DNA of 64,000 nt from assembly GCF_009914755.1 (NCBI RefSeq), contig NC_060948.1. One strand, given 5' to 3'. The stretch is from the human T2T-CHM13v2.0 reference genome, Homo sapiens. Made by a program: the position numbers and the translations under genes. Positions 1 to 13,203 of the stretch are shown in pieces. A model generated the notes under the pieces. The model saw only the letters and a program-made list of their open reading frames with translations. It had not been told where the DNA came from and searched no databases. Position 1 is the first letter of the stretch. The number at the start of each line of letters is the position of its first letter.

Positions 1-650
1 TGAGTTCTTATCAACATTTGTGTATTGTAAACTTTATGAAATAGTGTTTGGATTGGAGATTGCTGCATTCCTGGTTGTAAGAGGATAATTGTATTATGTT
101 AGGTGTAATTATTACCTCATTTCTGTCTGCATTTGAAGATTATGTATTATAGCAGGAGATGTGATTTGATTCGAGTTAACAAGGGGTGGACTTGTGATGC
201 TTAATACTGAGTGTCTCATTCATTGGATCGAAGGATAGAGAGTATTAATCGTGGATGAGTTTCTTGGGTGGTTCACCCCCAAAAATTAACATTTGAGTCA
301 ATGGGAAGATCTACATTAATCTGATGGGCACAGTCTCATGAGCTTCTAGCGAATATCAAGCAGACAGAAACATGTCAAAAAGCGAGATGGGACTAGCTTC
401 GAAAGCATACATCTTTCTTCTATACTGGATACTTTTTCTCTCAGACAGTGGGCTCCAAGTTCTTCTAGGTTTGGGACTCAGACTTGCTCTCCTTGTTCCT
501 CAGCTTGCAGGCAGCCTATTGTGATCATGTACGTAAGTACTTATAACCTCCCATAAATATTTATATATACATATACACAGGCACACACACACACTCACAC
601 ATATACATGCATATATAAAAATATATAAAGGGATGGAAAACTAAACAGTC
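1..650 (+). mobile_element. ERVL internal 3' end plus MLT2-type LTR (decayed)
   Basis: Purine tract AACAAGGGGTGGACT followed at 193 by TGTGATGCTTAATACTGAGTGTC, which resembles the MLT2A LTR start. A TA/CA microsatellite lies near the LTR end. Confidence 0.7.
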
Positions 651-879
651 TGTAAGTATTTTCAAAAAGTATTCTTTTTTTATTATACTTTCAGTTTTAG
701 GGTACATGTGCACAACGTGCAGGCTAGTTATATATGTATACATGGGCCATGTTGGTGTGTTGCACCCATTAACTCATCATTTAACATTAGGTATATCTCC
801 AAATGCTATCCCTCCCCACGCCCCCCACCCCAAAACAGGCTCTGGTGTGCGATGTTCCCCATCCTGTGTCCATGTGTTC

Positions 880-3800
880 TCATTGTTCAACTCCCAGCTA
901 TGAGTGAGAACATGCGGTGTTTGGTTTTTTGTCCTTGAGATAGTTTGCTGAGAATGATGGTTTACAGCTTCATCCATGTCCCTACAAAGGATATGAACTC
1001 ATAATTTTTTATAGCTCCATAGTATTCCATGGCACATATGTGCCACATTTTCTTAATCAAGTCTATCATTGTTGGGCATTTGGCTTGGTTCCAAGTCTTT
1101 GTTATTGTGAATAGTGCCACAATAAACATACGTGTGCATGTGTCTTCATAGCAGCATGATTTATAATCCTTTGGGAATATGCCCAGCAATGGGATGGCTG
1201 GGTCAAATGGTATTTCTAGTTCTAGATCCTGGAGGAATCACCACACTGACTTCCACAATGGCTGAACTAGTTTACAGTCCCACCAACAGTGTAAAATTGT
1301 TCCTATTTCTCCACATCCTCTCCAGCACCTGCTGTTTCCTGACTTTTTCATGATCGCCATTCTAAATGGTGTGAGATGGTATCTCATTGTGGTTTTGATT
1401 TGCATTTGTCTGATGGCCAGTGATGATGAGCATTTTTTCATGTGTTTTTTGACTGCATAAATGTCTTCTTTTGAGAAGTGTCTGTTCATGTCCTTCGCCC
1501 ACTTTTTGATGGGGTTGTTTATTTTTTTTTTCTTGTAAATTTGTTGGTGTTCATTGTAGATTCTGGATATTAGCCCTTTGTCAGATGAGTAGGTTGTGAA
1601 AATGTTCTCCCATTCTGTAGGTTGCCTCTTCACTCTGATAGTAGTTTCTTTTGCTGTGCAGAAGCTCTTTAGTTTAAACAGATCCCATTTGTCAATTTTG
1701 GCTTTTGTTGGCATGCTTTTGGTGTTTTAGACATGAAGTCCTTGCCCATGCCTATGTCCTGAATGGTATTGCCTAGGTTTTCTTCTAGGGTTTTTATGGT
1801 TTTAAGTCTAACATTTAAGTCTTTAATCCATCTTGAATTAATTTTTGTATAAGGTGTAAGGAAGGGATCCAGTTTCAGCTTTCTACATATGGCTAGCCTG
1901 TTTTCCCAGCACCATTTATTAAATAGGGAATCCTTTCCCCATTGCTTGTTTTTCTCAGGTTTGTCAGATAGTTGTAGATATGTAAGATTATTTCTGAGGG
2001 CTTGGTTCTGTTCCATTGATCTATATCTCTGTTTTGATACCAGTAACATGCTGTTTTGGTTGCTGTAGCCCTGTAATAGAGTTTGAAGTCAGGTAGCGTG
2101 ATGCCTCTGGCTTTGTTCTTTTGGCTTAGGATTGACTTGGCGATGCAGGCTCCTTTTTGGTTCCATATGAACTTTAAAGTTTTTTCCAGTTCTGTGAAGA
2201 AAGTCATTGGTAGCTTGATGGGGATGACATTGAATCTATAAATTACCTCAGGCATTATGGCCTTTTTCATGATATTGATTCTTCCTACCCATGAGCATGG
2301 AATGTTCTTCCATTTCTTTGTATCCTCTTTTATTTCATTGAGCAGTGGTTTGCAGTTCTCCTTGAAAAGGTCCTTCACATCCCTTGTAAGTCAGATTCCT
2401 AGGTATTTTATTCTCTTTGAAGCAATTGTAAATGGGAGTTCACTCATGATTTGGCTCTGTGTTTGTCTGTTATTGATGTATAAGAATGCTAGTGATTTTT
2501 GTGCATTGATTTTGTATCCTGAGACTTTGCTGATGTTGCTTATCAGCTTAAGGAGGCTTTGGGCTGAGACAATGGGGTGTTCTAGATATACAATCATGTC
2601 ATCTACAAACAGGGACAATATGACTTCCTCTTTTCCTAATTGAATACCCTTTATTTCCTTCTCCTGCCTAATTGCCCTGGCCAGAACTTCCAATACTATG
2701 TTGAATAGGAGTGGTGAGAGAGGGCATCCCTGTCTTGTGCCACTTTTCAAAGGGAATGTTTCCAGTTTTTGTCCATTCAGTATGATATTGGCTGTGGGTT
2801 TGTCATAGATATCTCTTATTAATTTGAGATACGTCTCATCAATACCTAATTTATTGAGAGTTTTTTGTATGAAGGATTGTTGAATTTTGTCAAAGGCCTT
2901 TTCTGCATCTATTGAGATAATCATGTGGTTTTTGTCTTTGGTTCTGTTTATATGCTGGATTACATTTATCAATTTGCGTATATTAAACCAGCCTTGCATC
3001 CCAGGGATGAAGCCCACTTGATGATGGCAGGTATGCTTTTTGATGTGCTGCTAGATTCGCTTTGCAGTATTTTATTGAGGATTTTTGCAACAATGTTCAT
3101 CAAGGATATTGGTCTAAACTTCTCTTTTTTGGTTGTGTCTCTTCCAGGCTTTGGTATCAGGATGATGCTGGCCTCATAAAATGAGTTAGGGAGGATTCCC
3201 TCTTTTTCTATTGATTGGAATGGTTTCAGAAGGAATGGTACCAGCTCCTCCTTGTAGGTCTGGTAGAATTCGGCTGTGAATCCATATGGTCCTGGACTTT
3301 TTTTGGTTGGTAAGCTCTTGATTATTGCCACAATATCAGAGCCTGTTATTGGTCTATTCAGAGATTCAACTTCTTCCTTGTTTAGTCTTGGGAAGATGTA
3401 TGTGTTGAGGAATTTATCTATTTCTTCTAGATTTTCTAGTTCATTTGCATAGAGGTGTTTGTAGTACTCTCTGATGGGAGTTTGTATTTCTGTGGGATCA
3501 GTGGTGATATCCCCTTTATCATTTTTTATTGCATCTGTTTTGTTCTTCTCTCCTTTCTTCTTTATTAATCTTCCTAGCAGTCTACCAATTTTGGTGATCT
3601 TTTCAAAAAACCAGCTCCTGGATTCGTTAATTTTTTGAAGCGTTTTTCTGTCTCTATTTCCTTCAGTTCTGCTCTGATCTTAGTTATTTCTTGCCTTCTG
3701 CTAGCTTCTGAGTTTGTTTGCTCTTGCTTCTCTAGTTCTTTTAATTGTGATGTTAGGGTGTCAATTTTGGATCTTTCCTTCTTTCTCTTGTGGGCATTTA

Positions 3801-4705
3801 GTGCTATAAGTTTCCCTGTACCCACTGCTTTGAATGTGTCCCTGAGATTCTGGTATGTTGTGTCTTTGTTCTCATTGGTTTCAAAGAACATCTTTATTTC
3901 TGCCTTCATTTCGTTATGTACACAGTAGTCATTCAGGAGCAGGTTGTTCAGTTTCCATGTAGTCGAGCGGTTTTGGGTGAATTTTCTAATCCTTAGTTCT
4001 AGTTTGACTGCACTGTGGTCTGAGAGACAGTTTGTTGTGATTTCTGTTCTTTTACATTTGCTGAGGAGTGCTTTACTTCCAACTATGTGGTCAGTTTTGG
4101 AATAGGTGTGCTGTGGTGTTGAAAAAAAATGTATATTCTGTTGATTTGGGGTGGAGAGTTTTGTAGATGTCTACTAGGTCCGCTTGGTGCAGAGCTGAGT
4201 GCAATTCCTGCGTATCCTTGTTAAATTTCTGTCTCATTGATCTGTCTAATGTTGACAGTGGGGTGTTAAAATCTCCCATTATCATTGTGTGGGAGTCTAT
4301 GTCTCTTTGTAGGTCACTAAGGACTTGCTTTATGAATCTGGGTGCTCCTGTATTGGGTGCATATATATTTAGGATAGTTAGCTCATCTTTTTGAATTGAT
4401 CCCTTTACCGTTATGTGATGGCCTTCTTTGTCTCTTTTGATCTTTGTTGGTTGAAAGTCTGTTTTAGCAGAGACTAGGATTGCAACCCCTGCCTTTTTTT
4501 GTTTTCCATGTGCTTGGTAGATCTTCCTCCATTCCTTTATTTTGAGCCTATGTGTGTCTCTGTATGTGAGACGGGTTTCCAGAATACAGTGCACTGATGG
4601 GTCTTGACTCTTTTTCCAATTTGCCAGTCTGTATCTTTTAATTGGAGCATTTAGCCAATTTACATTTAAAATTAATACTGTTATGTGTGAATTCGGTCCT
4701 GTCAT
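880..4705 (-). pseudogene. L1 ORF2p (endonuclease/RT) remnant (first L1)
   Basis: Consecutive ORF2p fragments in several frames, including [26 protein letters not shown] and [13 protein letters not shown]. Confidence 0.92.
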
Positions 4706-4768
4706 TATGATGTTAGCTGGTTATTTTGCTCATTAGTCGATGCAGTTTCTTCCTAGCCTTGAAGGTCT

Positions 4769-5809
4769 TTACATTTTGGCACGTTTTTGCAGAGCCTGGT
4801 ACCGGTTGTTCCTTTCCATGTTTAATGCTTCCTTCAGGAGCTCTTGTAGGGCAGGCCCTGTGGTGACAAAATCTCCTAGCATTTGCTTTTCTGTAAAGGA
4901 TTTTATTTCTCCTTCACTTATGAAGCTTAATTTGGCTGGATATGAAATTCTGGGTAGAAAATTCCTTTTTTTAAGGATGTTGAATACTGGCCCCCACTTT
5001 CTTCTGGCTTGTAGGCTTTCTGCCAACTGATCAGCTCTTAGTCTGATGGGCTTCCCTTTGTGGGTAACCCGACCTTTCTCTCTGGCTGCTCTTAACATTT
5101 TTTCCTTCATTTCAACTTTGGTGAATCTGACAATTATGTGTCTTGGAGTTGCTCTTCACGAGGGCTATCTTTGTGGCATTCTGTGTATTTCCTGAATCTG
5201 AATGTTGGCCTGCCTTGCTAGATTGGGGAAGTTCTCCTGGATGATATCCTGCAGAGTATTCCAACACTTGGTTGGAAACCAAGTTTCCAACTTGGTTCCA
5301 TTCTCCCCGTCACTTTCAGGTACACCAATCAGAAGTAGATTTGGTCTTTTCACATACTCCCATATTTCTTGGAGGTTTTCTTCATTTCTTGTTATTCTTT
5401 TTTCTCTAAACTTCCCTTCTTTCTTCATTTCATTCATTTCATCTTCCATCACTGATACTCTTTCTTCCAGTTGATTGCATTGGCTCCTGAGGCTTGTGCA
5501 TTCATCACGTAGTCCTTGTGCCTTGGCTTTCAGCTCCATCAGCTCCTTTAAGGACTTCTCTGCATTGGTTATTCTAGATATCCATTCTTCTAAATTTTTT
5601 TCAAAGTTTTTAACTTCTTTGCCATTGGTTTGAATTTCCTCCTGTAGCTCAGAGTAGTTTGATCATCTGAAGCCTTCTTCTCTCAACTGGTCAAAGTCAT
5701 TCTCCATCCAGCTTTGTTGCATTGCTGGTGAGAAGCTGTGTTCCCTTGGAGGAGGAGAGGCACTCTGCTTTTTAGAGTTTCCAGTTTTTCTGCTCTGTTT
5801 TTTTCCCAT
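4769..5809 (-). pseudogene. L1 ORF1p remnant (first L1)
   Basis: Starts MGKKQSRKTGN at 5809. ORF-track fragments 5165-5539 and 4769-5110 match ORF1p and the frame is broken. Confidence 0.9.
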
Positions 5810-6877
5810 CTTTGTGGTTTTGTCTACCTTTGGTCTTTGATAATGGTGACGTACAGAAGGGGTTTTGGTGTGGATGTCCTTTCTGTTTGTTAGTTTTCCT
5901 TCTAACAGACAGGACCCGCAGCTGCTGCTCTGTTGGAATTTGCTAGAGGCCCACTCCAGACGCTGTTTTCCTGGGTATCAGCAGTGGTGGCTGCAGAACA
6001 GTGGTGGCTATAGAACAACAGATATTGGTGTCTGTAGAACAGCAGATATTGGTGATCCACAAATGCTGCTGCCTGGTCGTTCCTCTGGAAGTTTTGTCTC
6101 AGAGGAGTACCTGGCCTTGTGACGTGTTGGTCTGCCCCTACTGGGGGATGCCTTCCACTTAGGCTGCTCAGGGGTCAGGGACCTACTTGAGGAGGCAGTC
6201 TGCCCATTCTCAGATCTCCAGCTGTGTGCTGTGAGAACCACTACTCTCCTCAAAGCTGTCAGACTGGGACATTTAAGTCTGCAGAGGTTACTGCTGTCTT
6301 TTTGTTTGTCTGTGCCCTGCCCCTGGAGGTGGAGCCTACAGAGGCAGGCAGGCCTCCTTGAGCTACGCTGGGCTCTGCCCAGTTCGAGCATCCCGGCTGC
6401 TTTGTTCACTTAATCAAGCCTGGGCAATGGCAGGCACCCCTCCCCCAGCCTCACTGCTGCCTTGCAGTTTGATCTCAGACTGCTGTGCTAGCAATCAGTG
6501 AGACTCCATGGACGTAGGACCCTCTGAGCCATGTGCGGGATATAATCTCCTGGTGTGCCGTTTTTTAAGCCCATTGGAAAAGTGCAGTATTAGGGTGGGA
6601 GTGACAGGATTTTCCAGGTGCTATCTGTCACCCCTTTCTTTGACTAGGAAAGGAAACTCCCGGATCACTTTCACTTCCTGAGTGAGGCAATGCCTCGCCC
6701 TGCTTCAGCTCACACCTGGTGCATGGCACCCACTGTCCTACACCCACTGCCTGGCACTCCCCAGTGAGATGAACCCAGTACCTCAGATGGAAATGCAGGA
6801 ATCACCCGTCTTCTGCGTCACTCACACGGGGAGCTGTAGGCCGGAGCTCTTCCTATTTGGCCGTCTTGGCTCTACCC

Positions 6878-9800
6878 TTTAATCCATCTTGAATTAATTT
6901 TTGTATAAGGTGTAAGGAAGGGATCCAGTTTCAGCTTTCTACATACAGCTAGCCAGTTTTCCCAGCACCATTTATTAAATAAGGAATCATTTCCCCATTT
7001 CTTGTTTTTGTCAGGTTTATCAAAGATCAGATGGTTGTAGATATGCGGCATTATTTCTGAGGGCTCTGTTCTGTTCCATTGGTCTATATCTCTGTTTTGG
7101 TACCAATTCCATGCTGTTTTGCTTACTGTAGCCTTGTAGTATAATTTGAAGTCTGGTAGCGTAATGCCTACAGTTTTGTTCTTTTGACTTAGGATTGTCT
7201 TGGCAACGTGGGCTCCTTTTGCTTCCATATGAACTTCAAAGTAGATTTTCCGAATTCTGTGAAGAAAGTCATTGGTAGCTTGATGGGGATGGCCTTGAAT
7301 CTACAAATTACCTTAGGCAGTGTGGCCATTTTCACGATATTGATTTTTCCTACCCATGGGCATGGAATGTTCTTCCATTTGCTTCTATCCTCTTTTAATT
7401 CATTGAGAAGTGGTTTGCAGTTCTCCTAGAAGATGTCTTTCACGTCCCTTGTAAGTTGGATTCCTAGGTATTTTATTCTCTTTGAAGCAATTGTGAATGG
7501 GAGTTCACTCATGATTTTGCTCTCTGTTTGTCTGTTGGTGGTGTTTAAGAATGCTTGTGATTTTTGCACATTGATTTTGTATCCTGAGACTTTGCTGAAG
7601 TTGCCTATCAGCTTAAAGAGATTTTAGGCTGAGATGATGGGGTTTTCTAGATATACAATCCTACCATCTGCAAACAGGGACAATTGGACTTCCTCTTTTT
7701 CTAATTGAATACACTTTGTTTACTTCTCCTGCTTGATTGCCCTGGTCAGAACTTCCAACACTATGTTGAATAGGAATGGTGAGAGAGGGCATCCCTGTCT
7801 TGTGCCAGTTTTCAAAGGGAATGCTTCCAGTTTCTGCTCATTCAGTATAACAGTGGCTGTGGGTTTATCATAGATAGCTCTTATTATTTTGAGATACGTC
7901 CCATCAAGACCTAATTTACTGAGACTATTTAGCATGAAAGAATGTTGAATTTTGTCAAAGGACTTTTCTTCACCTGTTGAGATAATCATGTGGTTTTTGT
8001 CATTGCTTCTGTTTATATGCTGGATTACATTTATCAATTTGCATATGTTGAACCAGCCTTGCATCCCAGGGTTAAAGCCCACTTGATCATGGTGGATAAG
8101 CTTTTCGATGTGCTGCTGGATTCAGTTTCCCAGTATTTTAGTGAGGATTTTTTCATCAATCTTCATCAGAGATATTGGTCTAAAATTATCTTTTTTTGTT
8201 GTTGTGTCTCTACCAGTTTTCAGTATCAGGATGATGCTGGCCTCATAAAGTGAGTTAGGGAGGATTCCTTCTTTTTCTCTTGATTGGAAAAGTTTCAGAA
8301 GGAATGGTACCAGCTCCTCCTTGTAGGTCTGGTAGAATTCGGCTGTGAATCCTTCTGGTCCTGGACTTTGTTTGGTTGGAAAGCTATTAATTATTTCCTC
8401 AATCTCAGAGCCTGTTATTGGTCTATTAAGAGATTCAAGTTTTTCCTGGTTTAGACTTGGGAGGTTGTATGTGTTGAGGAATTTATCCATTTCTTCTAGA
8501 TTTTCAAGTTTATTTGTGTAGAGGTGGTTATGGTATTCACTGATGGTAGTCTGTATTTCTGTGGGATCTGTGGTGATATCCCCTTTATCATTTTTTATTG
8601 TGTCTATTTGATTCTGCTCTCTTTTCTTCTGTATTTGTCTTGCTAATGGTCTATGAATTTTGGTGATGTTTTCAAAAAACCAGCTCCTGGATTCATTGAT
8701 TTTCAGATGGGTTTTTTGTGTCTCTATCGCCTTCAGTTCTGCTCTGATCTTAGTTATTTCTTGCCTTCTGCTAGCTTTTGAATGTGTTTGCTCTTGCTTC
8801 TCTAGTTCTTTTAATTGTGATGTTAGGGTGTCAATTTTATATCTTTCCTGCTTTCTATCATGGGCATTTAGTGCTATAAATTTCCCTCTAAACACGGCTT
8901 TGAATGCATCCCAGAGATTCTGGTATGTTGTGTCTTTGTTCTCAAAGACACATCCTTGAGATGCTGTTTGTTGGTTTCAAAGAACATCTTTATTTCTGGC
9001 TTCACTTCGTTATGTACACAGTAGTCATTCAGGAACAGACGGTTCAGTTTCCATGTAATTGAGCAGTTTTGAGTGAATTTTCTAATCCTGAGTTTTAGTT
9101 CGATTGGACTGTGGTCTGAGAGAGAGTTTTTTTATAATTTCTGTTCCTTTACATTTGCTGAGGAGTCCTTTACTTCCAACTATGTGGTCAATTTTGGAAT
9201 AGGTGTGGTGTGGTGCTGTAAAGAATGCATATTCTGTTGATGTGGGGTGGAGAGTTCTGTATATGTCTATTATGTCGGCTTGGTGCAGAGCTGAGTTCAA
9301 TCTTGGATATCCTTGTTAACTTTCTGTCTCATTGATCTGTCTAATTTTGACGGTGGGGTGTTAAATTATCCCATTATTATTGTGTGGGAGTCTAAGTCTC
9401 TTTGTATGTCTCTAAGGACTTGCTTTATAAATCTGGGTGCTCGTTTACTGGGTGCATATATATTTAGGATAGTTAGCTCTTCTTGTTGAATTGATCACTT
9501 TACCATTATGTAATGGCCTTCTTTGTCTCTTTTGATCTTTGTTGGTTAAAAGTCTGTTTTACCAGAGTCTTGGCTTGCAACCCGTGCCTATTTTTGTTTT
9601 CCATTTGCTTGGTAGATCTTCCTCCATCCCTTTATTTTGAGCCTATGTGTGTCTCCGTACGTGAGATGGGTTTCCTGAATAGAGCACACTGATGGGTCTT
9701 TACTCTTTATCCAATTTGCCAGTCTGTGTCTTTTCATTGGAGCATTTAGCCCATTTACATTTAAGGCTAATATTGTTATGTGTGAATTTGGTCTTGTCAT

Positions 9801-11822
9801 TAAGATGTTAGCTGGTTATTTTACTCACTAGTTGATGCAGTTTCTTCCTAGCCTCAATGGTCTTCACAATTTGGCATGTTATTGCAGTGGTTGCTACTGG
9901 TTGTTCCTTTCCATGTTTAGTGCTTCCTTCAGGAGCTCTTGTAGGGCAGGCCTGGTGATGACAAAATCTCCCAGCATTTGCTTTTCTGTAAAGGATTTTA
10001 TTTCTCCTTCACTTATGAAGCTTAGTTTGGCTGGATATGAAATTCTGGGTAAAAATTCTTTTCTATAAGAATGTTGAATATTGGCCCCCACTCTCTTCTG
10101 GCTTGTAGACTTTCTGCCAAGAGATCAGCTGTTAGTCTGATGGGCTTCCCTTTGTGGATAAGCTGACATTTTTCTCTGGCTGCCCTTAACATTTTTTCCT
10201 TCATTTCAACTTTGGTGAATCTGACAATTATGTGTCTTGGAGCTGCTCTTCTTGACGAGTGTCTTTGTGGTGTTCTCTGCATTTCCTGAATCTGAATTTT
10301 GGCCTGCCTTGCTAGATTGGGGAACTTCTCATGGATAATATCCTACAGTGTTTTCCAACTTGGTTCCATTCTCCCCATCACTTTCAGGTACACCAATCAG
10401 ACGTAGATTTGGTCTTTTCACATAGTCCCATATTTCTTGGAACCTTTATTCATTTCTTTTTATTCTTTTTTCTGTGAACTTCTCTTCTCACTTCATTTCA
10501 TTCATTCGATCTTCCATCACTGATACCCTTTCTTCCAGTTGATCAAATCAGCTACTGAGGCTTGTGCATTCATCACGTTTTTCTTGTGCCTTGGTTTTCA
10601 GCTCCATCACATCCTTTAAGGACTTCTCTGCATTGTTATTCTAGTTAGCCATTCATCTATTTTTTTTTCAAGGTTTTCAACTTTGCCATGGGTTCAATCT
10701 TCCTCCTTTAGCTCAGAGTAGTTTGATCATCTGAAGCCTTTTTCTCTCAAATAGTCAAAGTCATTCTCTGTCCAGCTTTGTTCCATTGCTGGTGAGGAGC
10801 TGTGTTCCTTTGGAGGGGGAGAGGTGCTCTGATTTTTAGAGCATCCAGTTTTTCTGTTCTATTATTTCCCCATCTTTCTGGTTTTATCTATCTTTGGTCT
10901 TTGATGATGGTGACGTACAGATGGGGTTTTGGTGTTGATGTCCTTTCTGTTTTTTAGTTTTCCTTCTAACAGTCAAGACCCTCAGCTGCAGGTCTGTTGA
11001 GTTTGCTGAGGTCCACTGCAGACCCTGTTTTCATGGGTGTCAGCAGCGGAGGCTGCAGAACAGCGGATATTGGTGAACAGCAACTGGTGCTGCCTGATCA
11101 TTCCTCGGGAATTTTTGTCTCAGGGGAGTACCTGGTCATGTGAGTTGTCAGTCTGCCCCTACTGATGGGTACCTCCCAGTTAGGCTACCTGGGGGCCAGG
11201 GACCCACTTGAGGAGGCAGTCTGTCTGTTCTCAGATATCCATCTGCGTGCTGGGAGAACCACTACTGTCTTCAAAGCTGTCAGACAGGGACATTTAAGTC
11301 TGCAGAGGTTTCTGCTGCCTTTTGTTTGGCTATGCCCTGCCCCCACAGGCAGAGTCTACAGAAGCTGGCAGGCCTCCTTGAGCTGGGGTGGGCTCCACTG
11401 AGTTCGAACTTCCAAGCTGCTTCATTTACCTACTCAAGCCTTGGCAATGGTGGACGCCCTTCCCCCAGCCATGCTGCCACCTTGCAGTTTGATCTCAGAT
11501 TACTGTGCTAGCAATGAGTGAGGCTCCATCAGTGTAGGACGCTCTGATGCAGGCACGGGATATCATCTTCTGGTGTGCCGTTTGCTAAGACCGTTGGAAA
11601 ACCACAGTACTAGGGTGAGAGTGACCTGATTTTCCAGATGCCACTTTCTTTGACTAGGAAAAGGAATTCCCTGACCCCTTTTGCTTCCCGGGTGAGGTGA
11701 TACCTCACCTTGCTTCAGGTCACAATTGATGCACTGCACCCACTGTCCTGCCCCACTTCCCAACACTCCCAAGTGAGATGAACCTGGTACCTCAGTTGGA
11801 AATGGAGAAGTCACCCAACTTC
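6878..11822 (-). mobile_element. Second L1PA, lacking ~1.15 kb of 3' end and the extreme 5' end
   Basis: Begins mid-ORF2 (TTTAATCCATCTTGAATT, equivalent to ~1822 of the first L1). ORF2 ATG at 9800, ORF1 ATG at 10873, 5' UTR to ~11820. Confidence 0.95.
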
Positions 11823-12026
11823 TTCCTTCAGGTTTTGAGCTGATCACTATCCCTAGGACACAATCAAAAAACATTCTTTGAATAAATATTAAAACTATAA
11901 GCCTTCTTTTAATAAGTCAGCTTGTTTGATGGTGATGTCATAATCTAATTCCATAAAAAAAATTCCTGACATATATACACAATACACATGTGTGTATGTG
12001 CTTCAGTGGTCCATATGCATCTATGT

Positions 12027-12057
<31 letters not shown>

Positions 12058-13152
12058 AAGTACCTATTTTCCTATTTACTTACTTCCAAGGCTCTAGAAC
12101 ATATATCAGAGGAATTATTTAACAAACTGTTACTAATTAGTAAATACTCTTCATTTCTTTAAAAACAAAGGTGTATTATGTCTTCTTAGAAAATGACAAT
12201 TTAGACTTTCAGAAATATTTAGTAAATAGTTGTTCTGCAATCATTGTAAAATGCACCCATCAAAATCAGGTTTAAATTTAACTAATCTATAAAGCCTAAC
12301 TCCCTCAGTGAAAAAGCTGTTACAGGTAATAATAGTGATAGTAACAGTAATAATAATAAAACAGTGCCAGCACTTTGAAAAATCAGGTCAGTCACAGACT
12401 TCAATAAATATTCCTCTTTCACTACAAATTTTACCTCAACAAGTTTGTTTCTACAAATAATGCCAGCTTCTGTACACAACTTAATGTCTGTCAATTCCTC
12501 AGTTTCACACTCTGCATTGTTCCAAGAATGTGTCTAAACAGCAGAGCTCTCCCTTAGTATATTAAGCAAAAAAAAAATAAACTTGCCGTTTCCTTTTAGG
12601 TGTTCGATGGCATTTTATTAACCTTGGAGAAAAAGCAAGCCCTATATGGGTAGGAGTTCTGCCTCATGGAGAAGGCCCTAGCATCAGCAACAGAGCCTAC
12701 ATCTCAGGCGCTAAGTTGGAACTAAGGAAACGGTGTAAATTTGGATAATTACCATGTTGCTGCTACTTGCTAACATTCTGAAACAAATTTTTGATTGAAA
12801 TGAAAAAGATTTTCCACTGTAGAAATTCACCTCCTTTTGGATTTATCTTAACCTTTTCAGAAATTGTTCCTATTACATCAGTTTCCTCATTCACTGATTT
12901 TTATTTTCTCTTATTGTCTAATATGCATTTTTTGTGAATGCATACTTTTATTATGTTGGAACAAGGCAGAGAACAAATAATTCTGATCAAAGCTGTCCAC
13001 TATGCAAACTTCTATCAAATAACTTTTTAAAAAGTAGGAGATACTTGAATATTGGTTCTACTAAACAACTTTAGCAAAATTGAAAATCCTATAACCCCAG
13101 CTATAATCCTGACAAACTTTGTTTTCATTTGATTCACTTATTGTAATAACCC

Positions 13153-13203
13153 AGGATCATTCATGACTATATTATGACTAGGATCATTCATGACTGTATT
13201 ATG
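13153..13203. repeat. 27-bp tandem duplication
   Basis: AGGATCATTCATGACT(A/G)TATTATG occurs twice. Confidence 0.8.

Larger units (their letters stand above)
673..6877 (-). mobile_element. Full-length inactive LINE-1 (L1PA, probably PA4-PA6 age)
   Basis: T-rich tail and L1 3' UTR at 673-880. ORF2 fragments (EN MTGPNSHIT at 4705; RT with LFVDDMIVY), ORF1 ATG at 5809, and a 5' UTR ending CCTATTTGGCCGTCTTGGCTC at ~6870. Many stops and frameshifts. Confidence 0.97.

Noticed and set aside
673-11822. Active LINE-1, or genes from the plus-strand ORFs over the L1s
   Set aside because: ORF1 and ORF2 are fragmented in both copies. The plus-strand ORFs are antisense shadows of L1 coding sequence.
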